Program-made: the position numbers and the translations under genes | The notes under the pieces: generated by a model | The model's database searches: none | Told to the model about the DNA's origin: nothing | What the model saw: the letters and a program-made list of their open reading frames with translations, nothing else | In this document: in pieces, positions 25,323 to 39,176 of the stretch | How positions within the stretch are numbered: position 1 is the stretch's first letter | How the letters are laid out: every line of letters begins with the position of its first letter | Assembly: GCF_001194135.2 (NCBI RefSeq) | Contig: NC_069004.1 | Coordinates: forward strand, 25,919,277 to 25,983,276 | DNA: 64,000 nucleotides | Direction: 5' to 3' | From: Octopus bimaculoides | Lineage: Eukaryota

Positions 25323-25553
25323 GTTATCACACTGTGTGGGGAGTCACTCCTGCTCTTCATTCTCCTCTCATGTCTGTCACCAATGCCATCTCTGGAATCA
25401 CAGCTGTCGGTGGTATGCTGCTGATGGGTGGAGGTTACATGCCCTCCAATACCTCTCAGGCCCTCGCTTGCACTGCAGCGTTCATTTCTTGCATCAACAT
25501 CGGCGGTGGTTTCTTGGTTACCCAGCGCATGTTGGACATGTTCAAGAGACCAA
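25323..25553 (+). CDS. NNT: NNT exon (TM region)
   Basis: [31 protein letters not shown]...[20 protein letters not shown], a hallmark motif; ccag|gt...a|gtaagt. Confidence 0.97.
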
Positions 25554-26022
25554 GTAAGTTGACTTTCTCTCTCTCTCTCAACCTTCTTTTTTTTAACCTT
25601 TTAGCATTTAAACCCAGCCATATCTAGCCAAAATATTCTGCCTGTTTTATGTTCAAACTGGCCAGATTTGGCCTCTCACACCTATCCTACAATGTCGTTT
25701 TAGCAATAAACATTCACTTCATCAAAATCTCGAAGGTACAAGCAGAGCATTTGACAGAATAATCTGAATACTAGTTTAAACTAGCCATAACCAACCCAGA
25801 TATTCTATGTTTTATGTTAAATTTGACGAGATCCAACATCTCACACCTACCCTGCAATGTCAGGGAAATCTTGAAGCTATGAGATAACGCATGATTAATT
25901 CAAAACGATGTGAATAAATAAGCATTACATTTGACAAAGAAATCTTAATGTTAAAGGGTTGAATTTTTTGTAAGGGGCAGCTTCTTTCATTCTGTTGATT
26001 AATTAATTTTTTAAAGCTTTTA

Positions 26023-26233
26023 TGAGGGGCTGGTGAAAAGTTCCTGGCTATCGTGAAAGGCCTGGTTAGAGGCTCCACCTTCCAAGTTCTTTCACAGGGC
26101 TTAGAAGAACTGAAGGACCGTTACAATAAGTGTGTGAATCTGAGAGGGGAATATGTTGAATGAAATTGTAATTAATTGTTCCTCCTGTATTTTCTTTTAC
26201 CCAAATCCAAGAACTTTTCAGCAAACCCCCTCG
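26023..26233 (+). mobile_element. Non-autonomous mariner element with TA TSD
   Basis: ta|tgaggggctggtgaaaagttcctgg ... ccaagaacttttcagcaaaccccctcg|ta; retains a transposase C-terminus GLEELKDRYNKCVNLRGEYVE*. Confidence 0.85.
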
Positions 26234-26845
26234 TATTGTATTTATTTGGGGTTTATCGATTTATTTTGTGTTTGTATTTATTTATTTTTGCTTTGGGACT
26301 TTTTTCCCTTTGCTGGAATTGCAGTTTTTCGGAATTCTTTCTTCGTTCATGTTTCTCTCTCCCAACTCCCTTTCTCTCTCTCTCTCTCTCTAGTTTCCTT
26401 TACAATCTGAGATTGTTCCCTAACATAAATGCCATACAGGGGACACTTGCTTATTCACACTTTCAGTCTTTCTTTTTCACATCCATTCTTTCTCTCTTAC
26501 ACTCTCACACTCTCACACCCACTCTTTCTTTTACTCTCCCATACCCACTTTCTCTCTTTCTGTTTCTTTTTTACTCTCACTCACACTCCTCTCTCACTCT
26601 CACTCACACTCATCTCTCACTCTCACTCACACTCATCTCTCACTCTCACTCCTCTCTCACTCACACTCCTCTCTCTCTCTCTCATTCTCACTTGTCTTTT
26701 TCTTTTTGTTTTACTATTGCCTTCTCCCTCTCCATCACTAATCTCCTCTCCCCATTACTAACCCCTTTCCGTTACCACCCTTCTCTTCCATCACCAATAT
26801 AAATTCCACAATATATCTAATACATCTCTCTCTCTCACTCTACAG

Positions 26846-27025
26846 CCGACCCCCCAGAGTTCAACTACCTGTATGGTGTCCCAGCTGCCGCTTTCCTCAC
26901 TGGTTATGGTTTAACAGCATACCAGGGTACCTACCCAGACATCCACCAGATGACTTATCTGGCTGCTGGTCTTTGCTGTGTTGGGGCCCTCACTGGCCTC
27001 TCTTCTCAAAGTACCTCCAGAGTCG
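26846..27025 (+). CDS. NNT: NNT exon (TM region)
   Basis: TDPPEFNYLYGVPAAAFLTGYG...HQMTYLAAGLCCVGALTGLSSQSTSRV; acag|cc...g|gtatgt. Confidence 0.96.
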
Positions 27026-27479
27026 GTATGTTCAGTTATTTCATTTGTGTGCTTGCTTGTGTATAGCATGTGTGTGTATGTCATTATTCGGTTTTATTTC
27101 AAGATTTCTTGCCAATGGAGAGAAAGCTGATTTCAAAAATGGCTTCATCATCATCATCATCGTTTAACGTCCGTTTTTCCATACTGGCATGGGCTGGACA
27201 GTTTGACTGGTGACTGGCAAGCCAGTGGCTGTACCAGGCTACAATATTTGGTTTGCAAGAATCTTGATATGAACCTGTGTGTTAAAACACCTTTCGTCAT
27301 TATTATAATTGTATCCAGGGCTCAGGGTGTACTGCAAGTCTTTGGAAAAGTTACCAAAACTGTATGAACAGTGCATAGAATATGCACACAAAATGGACTG
27401 TGAATAAGTCTACAAAAGGAAGAAACAGGGATTGGGGGCATCGGGGGTTACTGTTGTTGAATTTCAGGAATCATGGGAG

Positions 27480-27901
27480 TGTAGCGACATCTTATAGCAG
27501 ACGACTGTTATATGTTCAATGTCCGGAGTTTTATCCACGCATGCGCAGAGACTAGTTCCGGAAGGAATACAGGAAGAGTCTCATGCGCATGCGTGGAGTT
27601 CGACACCCAGCTTTGGTGCCTTTTCTCAGTCTCTTCGTTGACTGATCTCCGTCGAGCCAAGATGTCCAACAGAGCTCTCTCACATGTCAGCACCAGAGCT
27701 TCACAAATAACCACGGAAATCATTCAGGAGGCATCTCAGTAACCGAGGGCGACGAGCTACTGAATTCCCTCCAAGCGTGAACTGAATTCCACTGTAAATA
27801 AATATTGTTATGTTGTTCAGAATCTGCGTTCCGTTGTTTCTTCTAGAAATTTAATGTACGGAAGCGGTGTACACCTAATGGTGTATAACCACTTCCCTAC
27901 A
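27480..27901 (+). mobile_element. Solo LTR (422 bp)
   Basis: TGTAG...CTACA termini, 4-bp TSD GGAG on both sides (27476-27479 / 27902-27905), internal AATAAA near 27797. Confidence 0.8.
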
Positions 27902-28411
27902 GGAGTTTTGAAGGATGTAGTGTCCTAACAGCTGGCAACTGATGCCAATAATAAACACTCTTGGAGAGGAAGTTTTTGAAGAGGTTTTGAGTGACAAAGA
28001 ACTTTGACAAATCTAACTCATTAACTGATTAGTTAGTTGGTTTAAATAAATAATAAAGGGGTGAAATACAATTAACGCTTTTGTTACCATATTTCTGATA
28101 ACATATGCTGCCTTTGTTTCAGTCACTTTTTTAAAGTAATGAAGAATTACATAAAAACAACTTTTGAATTATTAAGCTGGGACATGGAACAAAAAGATTT
28201 TGACAGCAAATTATAATTTTGACAACTTTTAAACAGTAAGTTGACGTTATAGAAATTGGGGTAGTCTCAGGCAGGTTGGTATCAAAAGGGTTAATGTGTG
28301 TGTGTGTGTGTATTACTAATATAATGACTGTCCTGAGATACAACAAAAAATACATTTTATTCAAACCCATAATTCGACTCGCATGTTTTATCAATTTCTG
28401 TTCTATTGCAG

Positions 28412-28519
28412 GTAATTCTCTCGGTATGATTGGCGTCTCATCAGGTGTCGCTGCCACTCTTGGAATCATTAAACCTACCCCTGAACTCTTCACCCAAATG
28501 GCTGTCACTATGGGTAGTG
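28412..28519 (+). CDS. NNT: NNT exon (TM region)
   Basis: [36 protein letters not shown]; gcag|gt...g|gtaagt. Confidence 0.95.
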
Positions 28520-30501
28520 GTAAGTACAAATGCCCTTTCTTGCCGGGGTAGGGCTTGGTGCCTTTCACAAGTGACTCATTTTACTGCAGGCTGTGTTTTA
28601 TAAACTCCTGTAACAATCATAAAACAACCACAATCAAGCCAAATAGATTTCCACTGCTTGGTTGCTGAACCTGCTGAAAATAGCAGCCAATTATTATCAC
28701 ATCACAGTGGATCTTCCAATAGAACGAAGGATACAGTTTCCATTGACTTTTTCCTTCTAATTGCTGATGCTGTCTGTTGGCTATTATCATGTGTATTCAA
28801 GTTTAGATTAGGTACACAGTTGTCCTGATCTGGTAAGTGTTGTGCACAAAATTCTTAGCCTTTGAGTCACTTTGTAACTTCTGCCTATGAAAATATACAA
28901 CATGTGTATACTCATGTTCAAGAGTTCTAATTTTCCTGTTTGTATTACCGAAATTACATCATCATCATCGTCTTTGTTTAACATCCACCTTCCAGGCAAG
29001 CATTGGTTGGATGGTTTGATGGGAGTCAGTCAGGCAGAAAACTACATGAAGCTTCTGTGTCTGTTTTGACATGGTTTTTACATGGCACCAGCACAGGCAA
29101 GGTCAGTTTCAGCATGGTTTTTACAGCTTGATGCCCTTCCAAATGCTAATCACTTCACTGTGTGGACTGGATGCTTTCTACATGGCCTCAGCACCAGCAG
29201 GGTCACCAAGTAACTTGCAAGACAAGGAATTCTGAGAAGCGCCGGGGCATTAGAAGAGGTGGTCTTGTGTCAGATGATAAAAGATTAGAGTATAATAAAG
29301 AGACAGAGAGGCAGAAACAGTTGTCTTGCTATAGAGGAGGTACATGGTTACCTGGCCAAGAGATAGGGAAGTGTGAAATATTGGATGGAAAGGTAACCTT
29401 TAACTTTTTCTGTGTAAGGATTTTTAAACCTAATATTTACATGGTATTACTTATAGCTTTATCTACTTTGATTTTTATCATTAAAAATGGTCGCCAAAAT
29501 GAGAGGGTCATCACAGTTTATATCTTGACATGTTTTCTGAACTAAATTTTTAGTCTTAAGTTTTAATTCAACTGAAGAAAACAAGTTGTTTTTTTTTCAT
29601 GATGTAATTGGTGTATTCATCAATATAAAAACATATCTGAAATAGCTGTAATGAACATCAACCCATTTGTGTTCTTTATATATATATCATCATCATCATC
29701 ATCGTTTAACGTCCGCTTTCCATGCTAGCATGGGTTGGGCGATTTGACTGAGGACTGGTGCAACCGGATGGCTACACCAGGCTCCAATCTAATTTGGCAG
29801 AGTTTCTACAGCTGGATGCCCTTCCTAACGCCAACCACTCAGAGAGTGTAGTGGGTGTGTGGTAAGTAGCTTGCTTACCAACCACATGGTTCCGGTTTCA
29901 TTCCCACTGCGTGGCACCTTGGGCAAGTGTCTTCTACTATAGCCTCAGGCCGACCAGAGCCTTGTGAGTAGATTTCGTAGATGGAAACTGAAAAAAGCTC
30001 ATCATATATTTGTGTGTGNNNNNNNNNNNNNNNNNNNNNNNNNNNNNNNNNNNNNNNNNNNNNNNNNNNNNNNNNNNNNNNNNNNNNNNNNNNNNNNNNN
30101 NNNNNNNNNNNNNNNNNNNNNNNNNNNNNNNNNNNNNNNNNNNNNNNNNNNNNNNNNNNNNNNNNNNNNNNNNNNNNNNNNNNNNNNNNNNNNNNNNNNN
30201 NNNNNNNNNNNNNNNNNNNNNNNNNNNNNNNNNNNNNNNNNNNNNNNNNNNNNNNNNNNNNNNNNNNNNNNNNNNNNNNNNNNNNNNNNNNNNNNNNNNN
30301 NNNNNNNNNNNNNNNNNNNNNNNNNNNNNNNNNNNNNNNNNNNNNNNNNNNNNNNNNNNNAGCGGTTCGGCAAAAGTGACCGATAGAATAAGTACTAGGC
30401 TTCCAAAGAATAAGTCCTGGGGTCGATTTGCTCGACTAAAGGCAATGTTCCAACATGGCCACAGTCAAATGACTGAAACAAGTAAAAGAATAAAGAGTAA
30501 A

Positions 30502-30540
<39 letters not shown>

Positions 30541-31645
30541 TGTGGGGGTGGGGTTGTCAGTGTGGGTGTCTGTATAGGTGCAGGTGTAGTTGTATGCTAA
30601 GGAGGTTACTTCCCAAGTACATGGTACCTGGTTCAGTCCTACTGTGCGGAACCTTGGGCAAGTGTATTTTGCTATAGCCCTGTGCCAACCAAAGGCTTGT
30701 GAGTTGATTTGGTAGATGGAAACTGAAAAAAGCTCATCATATATTTGTGTGTGTGTGCAATGTTTCCTTTTCTTGATATCATTGGATGGTTGTAAACAAG
30801 TGTCACTGTCATACAAGTGGGGTCCTTCATTTCCAATCTTCCATAAAAAATGTTTTGTATGAGTGAAATATTACTTTGGATACAAATGAAGGTTTGCAAC
30901 AGGAGGGGCATCCAGCCATAGAAATTCCACCTCAGCAAGTTCTGTCTGATCCATGCAAGCATGGACAACAATGATGTATAATGATAACAGTGAAAAAAAG
31001 AATAAGGCAGGCAATAGAATCCTGTGAGGAACTTCTTACCACAGTAAAGAAACGCAAGCTCAGGTGGATTAGGAATGTCACCCACTCATCAGGGAACAGT
31101 CAAAGGTTGCAGAGGCACACACAGAAAGAGGTGGAGAAATATTTATGAGTGGACAGGCCTAAAGATTGAGGCGGGTGGAGGGATCTTGTCACAAAGTCAT
31201 CAAGGGTGCCCCAACGGTCAACCAGACTATGGGATATGTAATGTAATATAATCATCATCATCATCATCGTTTAACGTCCGCTTTCCATGCTAGCATGGGT
31301 TGGACGATTTGACTGAGGACTAATGAAACCAGATGGCTACACCAGGCTCCAATCTGATTTGGCAGAGTTTCTACAGCTGGATGCCCTTCCTAACGCCAAC
31401 CACTCAGAAGGTGTAGTGGGTGCTTTTACGTGTCACCGGCACGAAGGCCAGTCAGGGGGTACTAGCAATGGCCACGCTCGAAATGGTGTATTTTATGTGC
31501 CATCCGCACAGGAGCCAGTCAAACGGGACTGGCAACTAACTCGCTCGAATGTCTTTTCACGTGCCAGGAAGGCGGCGACGTTGGTAATGCTTATCCTAAT
31601 ACATTTTTCCTTTCTTTCTTTCCGTGTCATCTTGATGACATCCAG

Positions 31646-31891
31646 GTGGTCTAATCGGCTCCGTTTTGGCCAAGAGGTTAGAGGTCACGGACCTTCCTCA
31701 GATGGTGGCTCTCTTCCACAGCCTTGTTGGTGCAGCCGCAGTGTTTACGTGTTTCGCTAATCATTTGGCGGAACAACCACACTTTGCCACTGACCCCGCT
31801 GCGTCAGTCATCAAGACCGCCCTTTTCCTTGGTACCTACATCGGAGGTGTTACATTCACTGGGTCTCTTGTTGCTTTCGGCAAATTACAAG
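31646..31891 (+). CDS. NNT: NNT exon (proton-channel helices)
   Basis: [33 protein letters not shown]...[21 protein letters not shown]; ccag|gt...g|gtatgt. Confidence 0.97.
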
Positions 31892-32883
31892 GTATGTATT
31901 TATTATAATTTATTATAATCTATTCCGTCACAGGTTTCAGACATTGGATTGTAGTCATGCTGGAGAGTCACCTAAGTTCATCTCGGTTTATATATTGTTG
32001 AGTAAAATTGCAGTTGTGGCTGTGAAGCTTGCTTTCCAACCATGTGGTCTTGGGTTCAGTCTCACTGCACAGCATTTTGGGCATCTTCTACTATAGCCAT
32101 GGACCGACCAACCAACCAACCAACCAAAGCCTTGTCAATGAAATTTGCTTTGATGATGATGATGATGGTGGTGATGAGTTCAAATTTTACCAACGTCAAC
32201 TTTGTCTTTTCTTTCTGAGGTCGATAAAATCGAGTACCGGTCATCTACTGCCCAAATCAGAAACAAATGTTTATTAGCAGAACAGGCAAAGTGCTGGACT
32301 AACTGCTATACTTAAGTCTTTTTCTATTGTGTTCACAGTCACAGAAAGGAGACTCCATAGTGTCTCCATTTTGGTGTCCCTTATTAACCCAAATCAAATA
32401 GGGAGTCTCTTAAGATATTTCCACTGCTACCCCAGCATTATCCGTTAAATTATCTCAGTAGGGATAGCTGTGTAGTAAGAAGTTTGCTTCCCAACTAAAC
32501 GGTTCTGGGTTCAAGCCCACTGCATGGCACTTTGGGCAAGTGTCTTCTACTATGACCTCAGGCTGACCAAAGCCTTGTTAGTGAATTTGGTCGGTGGAAA
32601 CTGAAAGAAGCCCATCGTGTGTGATTTTGTGTATTTCTTTCTTTCCCTCCCCCCAGCAATTGACAACTGGTGTTGGCGTGTTTACATCCTTGTAACTTAG
32701 TGATTCAGCAAGAGAGACTGATAGAATAAGTATGAAAGTTAACAAGTAAGTATTGGCATCAATTCATTCAACTAAAATTCCTCAAGTTGGTGCCCCAGTA
32801 TGGCCACAGTCTAATGACTGAAACAAGAAAGAAAAAAATAAGATAGATTGAAATAATGTTATGTTTTCTCTTCCTCCATTTAG

Positions 32884-33072
32884 GGATCATGAACTCTGCT
32901 CCCATCATGTTGCCAGCACGTCATGCTTTGAATCTTGGACTCCTGACAACCAATGTTGGTGCTATGGGTTATTATATGATGACCAATGATCCTACATCCA
33001 GTATGCTTATGCTCGGTACTACTGCTTCCTTGTCTAGTGTTATGGGACTCACTTTAACTGTGGCTATTGGCG
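32884..33072 (+). CDS. NNT: NNT exon (TM region)
   Basis: GIMNSAPIMLPARHALNLGLL...GLTLTVAIG; ttag|gg...g|gtaagt. Confidence 0.96.
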
Positions 33073-33754
33073 GTAAGTAATTGTTTTGCTTTGCATTTAT
33101 TAATATTTATTGCTGTCCCAAGGTGCCGAGCTGGCAGAATCGTTAGCATGCCGGGCACAATGCTTAGCAGCATTTCATCTGTCTTTAAGTTCTGAGCTCA
33201 AATCTCACTGAGGTTGACTTTGCCTTTCATCCTTTCAGAGTCAATAAAATAAGTACCCAGTTGAGCACTGGGGTCGATGTAATTGACTTAACTACTTCTG
33301 AGTATGTGTATAAAAAATTGCATCCCTCTACCAAGCCATGTTGCGCCAGTGTGGCAGAAGAGACTCATCAAACCAATATGGTCTCAAGCTTAAATTCACG
33401 AAACTTAGACTGGCTCCTGTGCAGGTGGCACATAAAGAACACCATTTGAGCGTGGCCGTTGCCAGTACCACTGGACTGGCCTCGTGCCAGTGGCACGTAA
33501 AAAATCACCCACTACACACTCGGAATGATTGGCATTAGGAAGGGCATCAAGCTGTAGAAAATTTGCCAGATCAGATTGGAGCCTGGTGTAGCCATCTGGT
33601 TCACCAGTCCTCAGTCAAATCGTCCAACCCATGCTAGCATGGAAAGTGGACGTTAAACGATGATGATGATGAATAACCTGAATGTTAAGGGATTAAACAA
33701 AATTTCATTGCAAAAAGTCACTGCAATCAAATCTGAAGAAAGAAAGCTGTGTAA

Positions 33755-34249
<495 letters not shown>

Positions 34250-36317
34250 TGATCAGATCAACGGAAAAGCTTGCTCATGAAATTAACGTGCAAGTGGCTG
34301 AGCACTCCACAGACACGTGTACCCTTAACGTAGTTCTCGGGGATATTCTGCGTGACAGTGTGACAAGGCTGACCCTTTGAATTACAGGCACAACAAAAAC
34401 AGGAAGTAAGAGTGAGAGAAAGTTGTGGTGTAAGAGTACAGCAGGGTTCGCCACCATCCCCTGCCAGAGCCTCGTGGAGCTTTAGGTGTTTTCGCTCCAT
34501 AAACACTCACAACGCCCGGTCTGGGAATCGAAACCGCGATCCTATGACCGTGAGTCCACTGCCCTAACCACTGGGCCATTGCGCCTCCACTATTTGTGAG
34601 TGTACTGTAGTCTTAAGATCATATGGTNNNNNNNNNNNNNNNNNNNNNNNNNNNNNNNNNNNNNNNNNNNNNNNNNNNNNNNNNNNNNNNNNNNNNNNNN
34701 NNNNNNNNNNNNNNNNNNNNNNNNNNNNNNNNNNNNNNNNNNNNNNNNNNNNNNNNNNNNNAAAAGATGAAAGGCGAAGTCGACGGTGGTGGAATTTGAG
34801 CTCATAATGTAAACATGGACATAATAATAATAATAATGATGATGATGATTTCTGCTTAAGACACAAGGCCAGCAATTTCATGGGAAAGGGTAAGTTGATT
34901 ACATCGATCCCTCAGTACTCAACTGGTACTGGTTTTATCAACCCCCAAAGGATGAAAGGCAAAGTCAACCTTGGCAGAATTTGAGATAATGTAAAGACGG
35001 ATGAAATAGTAGTAATAATAATCCTTTCTACTAAAAGCACAAGGCCTGAAATTTTGGAGGAGGGGGGGGGCTAGTCGAGTACATTGGCCCCAGTGTTTCA
35101 CTGGTACTTAATTTATCAACCCCAAAAAGATGAAAGGCGAAGTCGACGGTGGTGGAATTTGAGCTCATAATGTAAACATGGACATAATAATAATAATAAT
35201 AATTCTTTCTACTGGAAGCACAAGGCCTCAAATTTGGGGGGAAGGAATTAAGTCTATTACATCGAAACCAGTGTGTAACTGGTACTTAGTTTATCGACCC
35301 TGAAAGGATGAAAGGCAAAGTCAACCCTGGTGGCATTTGAACTCAGAACGTGAAGACAGATGAAATACCATTAAGCATTTTGCCTGGTGTGCTAATAATT
35401 CTGCCAGCTCGTCAACTTGATGATAATAATAATAATAATAATAATGATGGTGATGATGATGATACAAGCAAGGCTTTTCACTACCAGTTTTTCACATAAA
35501 ACATGTCTAGCCATCGAAAAATATTACCTTTCTGGGAATGGTTTCTGGTTGTAGAAAAATCTGCTTTAACAAATTCCATCTGACCCATGCAGGCATAGAA
35601 AAGTGGATGTTAAATGATGATATAAACAGAAAGTGTGTGGAAGCCTGAAGCTTACATATTCACAATGCATTGATTGTTGTAGAAAATATTTTCCTAAGTT
35701 GCCATGCAGCGAGGTTGAACCTGAACTCTGGTTGTGAAATGAAATTCTTAACCTTTATAGGTGCAGATGTGACTGTGTGGTAAGTAGTTTGCTTCCTAAC
35801 CATGTGGCTCTGGGTTCAGTCTCATTGTGTGGCACCTTGGGCAAGTGTCTTCAACTGTAGCCTTGAGCCAACCAAAGCCTTGTGATTAGATGGAAACTGA
35901 AAGAAGCTCATATATTATGTGTCTGTACTTGTCCCCCACCACTGCTTGACAACCAGTGTTGGTGTGTTTACGTCCTCCGTCACTTAACAGTTTGACAAAA
36001 GAGACCAATAGAGTAAGCACCAGGCTTAAAAAGCAAAATAAATCCTGGGGTCGATTAGTTCAACTAAAATTCCTCAAGGCGGTGCCCCAGCATGGCCGCA
36101 GTCTTATGACTGAAAACCAGCAAAACATAAGATATCTCAGAGCTTCAAGATTTTAATGGATCCTTTACTTTTAGCATGACATTGTAGGGTAGGTGTGAGA
36201 GGCTAGATCTGGTCAGTTTGAACATAAGGCTGGTAGAAAACATTTTGGCCAGTTGAAATGCTAAAGGGTTAAAGAAAAATTTGTGCATTTATTTATCTAT
36301 TTGTTTTTCCATTCCAG

Positions 36318-36582
36318 GCTATGAACCGTTCCCTTCCCAATGTAATCCTTGGAGGCTATGGAACCAGCTCGACTGGCGGAGGCAAACCGATGAGTATCAC
36401 AGGAACACACACTGAAATAGATGTCGAAGGAACTTCCGAACTGATTGCTAATGCCAAAAATATCATCATTGTCCCCGGTTATGGCTTGTGTGTTGCCAAG
36501 GCTCAGTACCCTATTGCTGAGATGATCACTCTCCTCACAAGCAAAGGCAAGAATGTCCGTTTTGGAATACATCCCGTAGCAG
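36318..36582 (+). CDS. NNT: NNT exon (hinge and start of NADP(H)-binding domain III)
   Basis: [15 protein letters not shown]...[20 protein letters not shown]...VRFGIHPVA; ccag|gct...g|gtgagt. Confidence 0.97.
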
Positions 36583-37824
36583 GTGAGTGTCCTTCTGACT
36601 TAGCAATTTTCACTCTCGGTATGAAACCAATGCTAGTTTGTTTACCCCATGAATAAAGTAAATGTATATATACGATTATTAATCATAGGGCAGCAAAATA
36701 AATTTTAGAAATTTAATTTACCACCAGTGGTCCAGCGAGAATAAAAAATTAGTCGTTAAACGACGACGATGATNNNNNNNNNNNNNNNNNNNNNNNNNNN
36801 NNNNNNNNNNNNNNNNNNNNNNNNNNNNNNNNNNNNNNNNNNNNNNNNNNNNNNNNNNNNNNNNNNNNNNNNNNNNNNNNNNNNNNNNNNNNNNNNNNNN
36901 NNNNNNNNNNNNNNNNNNNNNNNNNNNNNNNNNNNNNNNNNNNNNNNNNNNNNNNNNNNNNNNNNNNNNNNNNNAAAGAGCCCAATAGAATAAGTACTAA
37001 GCTTACAAGGAATAAGTCCTGGTGTCGATGTGTTTAACTAAAGGCAACGCTCCAGCATGGCTGCAGTCAAATGACTGAAACGAATATAAGAATAGGCGCA
37101 GGTCTGGCTATCTGGTAAGAAGCTACCTTCCCAACCACATGGTTCCGGGTTCAGTCCCACTGTGTGACATCACGGGCACATGTTTTTTTTACTATAGCCT
37201 CAAGCCGACCAAAGCCTTGTGAGTGGATTTGGCTGATGGAAACTGAAAGAAGCCTGTCACATATATATATATATGTGTATATATTTATCAGTCAATTCTA
37301 TTGGCTTCAATCTATGGAGAAACAACTAAATTAGCCCTGTTTATATGCCTGGTGTATAGGTTATATATGAGGAGGAGACCCCCTTTGGTCATGACTGACC
37401 ATGGGATTGCACCTAGAAATTTACCCTCTGAGGTACAAGTCCAGGTAAGGTTGTTTGTGGGAAACCAGCAGTCACCCATGCATACCAGCCTCCCCTCTAC
37501 GCCGCCAGTGTTATCCAAGGGAAAGGCAAAGGGGCCGATACAGCTTGGCACCAGTGATGTTGCAACTCATCTCTACAGCTGAGTGGACTGGAGCAGTGTG
37601 ATATAAAGTGTCTTGCTCAAGCACACAACCCGCAGCCCGGTCTGGGAATCGAACTCATCATAAGCTCGATGCTCTAACCACTGAGCCTTCACATAAGTAC
37701 CAGGTATATGATGATGATGATGATATATATAATAATATTAGGGACAAAATCCAAAATTACAGGTAAAGACTCAATTAAAATCAATTTATAAAAAATTAAA
37801 ATTTAATTGAGCTTTATAGATAAA

Positions 37825-37984
37825 ATATATAGTTTTAGGGAAAATAACCAAGTTTCAAGAACTCATCGATGAAAATCCACTATACTCATTTATTGTGCTT
37901 TTAATTGTTAATTTTTCTATATGTGATAGTGGATTTTCATCGATGAGTTCTTGAAACTTGGTTATTTTCCCTAAAACTATATAT
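37825..37984. repeat. Perfect 59-bp inverted repeat with 42-nt spacer
   Basis: 37825-37883 is the exact reverse complement of 37926-37984. Confidence 0.93.
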
Positions 37985-38283
37985 ATATGCATGCATGCAT
38001 GCATGCACACAGTGTCCATGAATTACCTTTGCAATCTGAAAAATCTAGAATTTATAAAAAAAGGTTAACTCAGAGCAAGTTGCTTGCAACCAATGGATTC
38101 CACTTGCAAGTGTTCTGATGTTTCTACTAAAACTTTTGTTTTCCTGTTTTCCAATAAACCCTGCTGAGTTATCTTTACTTTCTGAATTTTTCAATTTATA
38201 AAAGTAAATTCCGGACATTATATATTTGAGAAATATCATATTTCTAAATCTCTCTGAGAGATTCAAGCAGTAGGGATGTGATA

Positions 38284-38502
38284 AAGTTGTTGTATATTGT
38301 CAACTTAATGTGACGTTCCCAATAAGGGAATATACTACTGCTGTTTAGCCCTAGGAAGCTGGACCGCTTCCTGTCGGCCTTGACACAATTACTGTGTCCT
38401 TATGTTTGCCGACAGGAAGCGGTCCAGCTTCCTAGGGCTAAACAGCAGTAGTATATTCCCTTATTGGGATTGTCACATTAAGTTGACAATATACAACAAC
38501 TT
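38284..38502. repeat. Foldback palindrome: 95-bp arms, 2 mismatches, 29-nt loop
   Basis: 38284-38378 vs 38408-38502; the loop holds its own gacaca/tgtgtc hairpin. Confidence 0.93.
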
Positions 38503-38852
38503 ATATACATATATATATGACTATTTGTAAATATTTCTGTTTGTCNNNNNNNNNNTACTACTGCTGTTTAGCCCTAGGAAGCTGGACCGCTTCCTGTCGG
38601 CCTTGACACAATTACTGTGTCCTTATGTTTGCCGACAGGAAGCGGTCCAGCTTCCTAGGGCTAAACAGCAGTAGTATATTCCCTTATTGGGATTGTCACA
38701 TTAAGTTGACAATATACAACAACTTATATACATATATATATGACTATTTGTAAATATTTCTGTTTGTCATCCTTTGTGTTATTTTCTTAATGATTGTTAA
38801 AATAAACCAAATCATTTAAAAATTATTTTTTTAATATTATCATATCCATTAA

Positions 38853-39176
<324 letters not shown>

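Noticed and set aside
38556-38768. Apparent tandem second copy of the palindrome
   Set aside because: It follows a 10-N gap and duplicates the preceding sequence exactly. The same pattern occurs at the 10-N gaps 39446-39455, 45767-45776 and 51177-51186, so these are unmerged contig overlaps.
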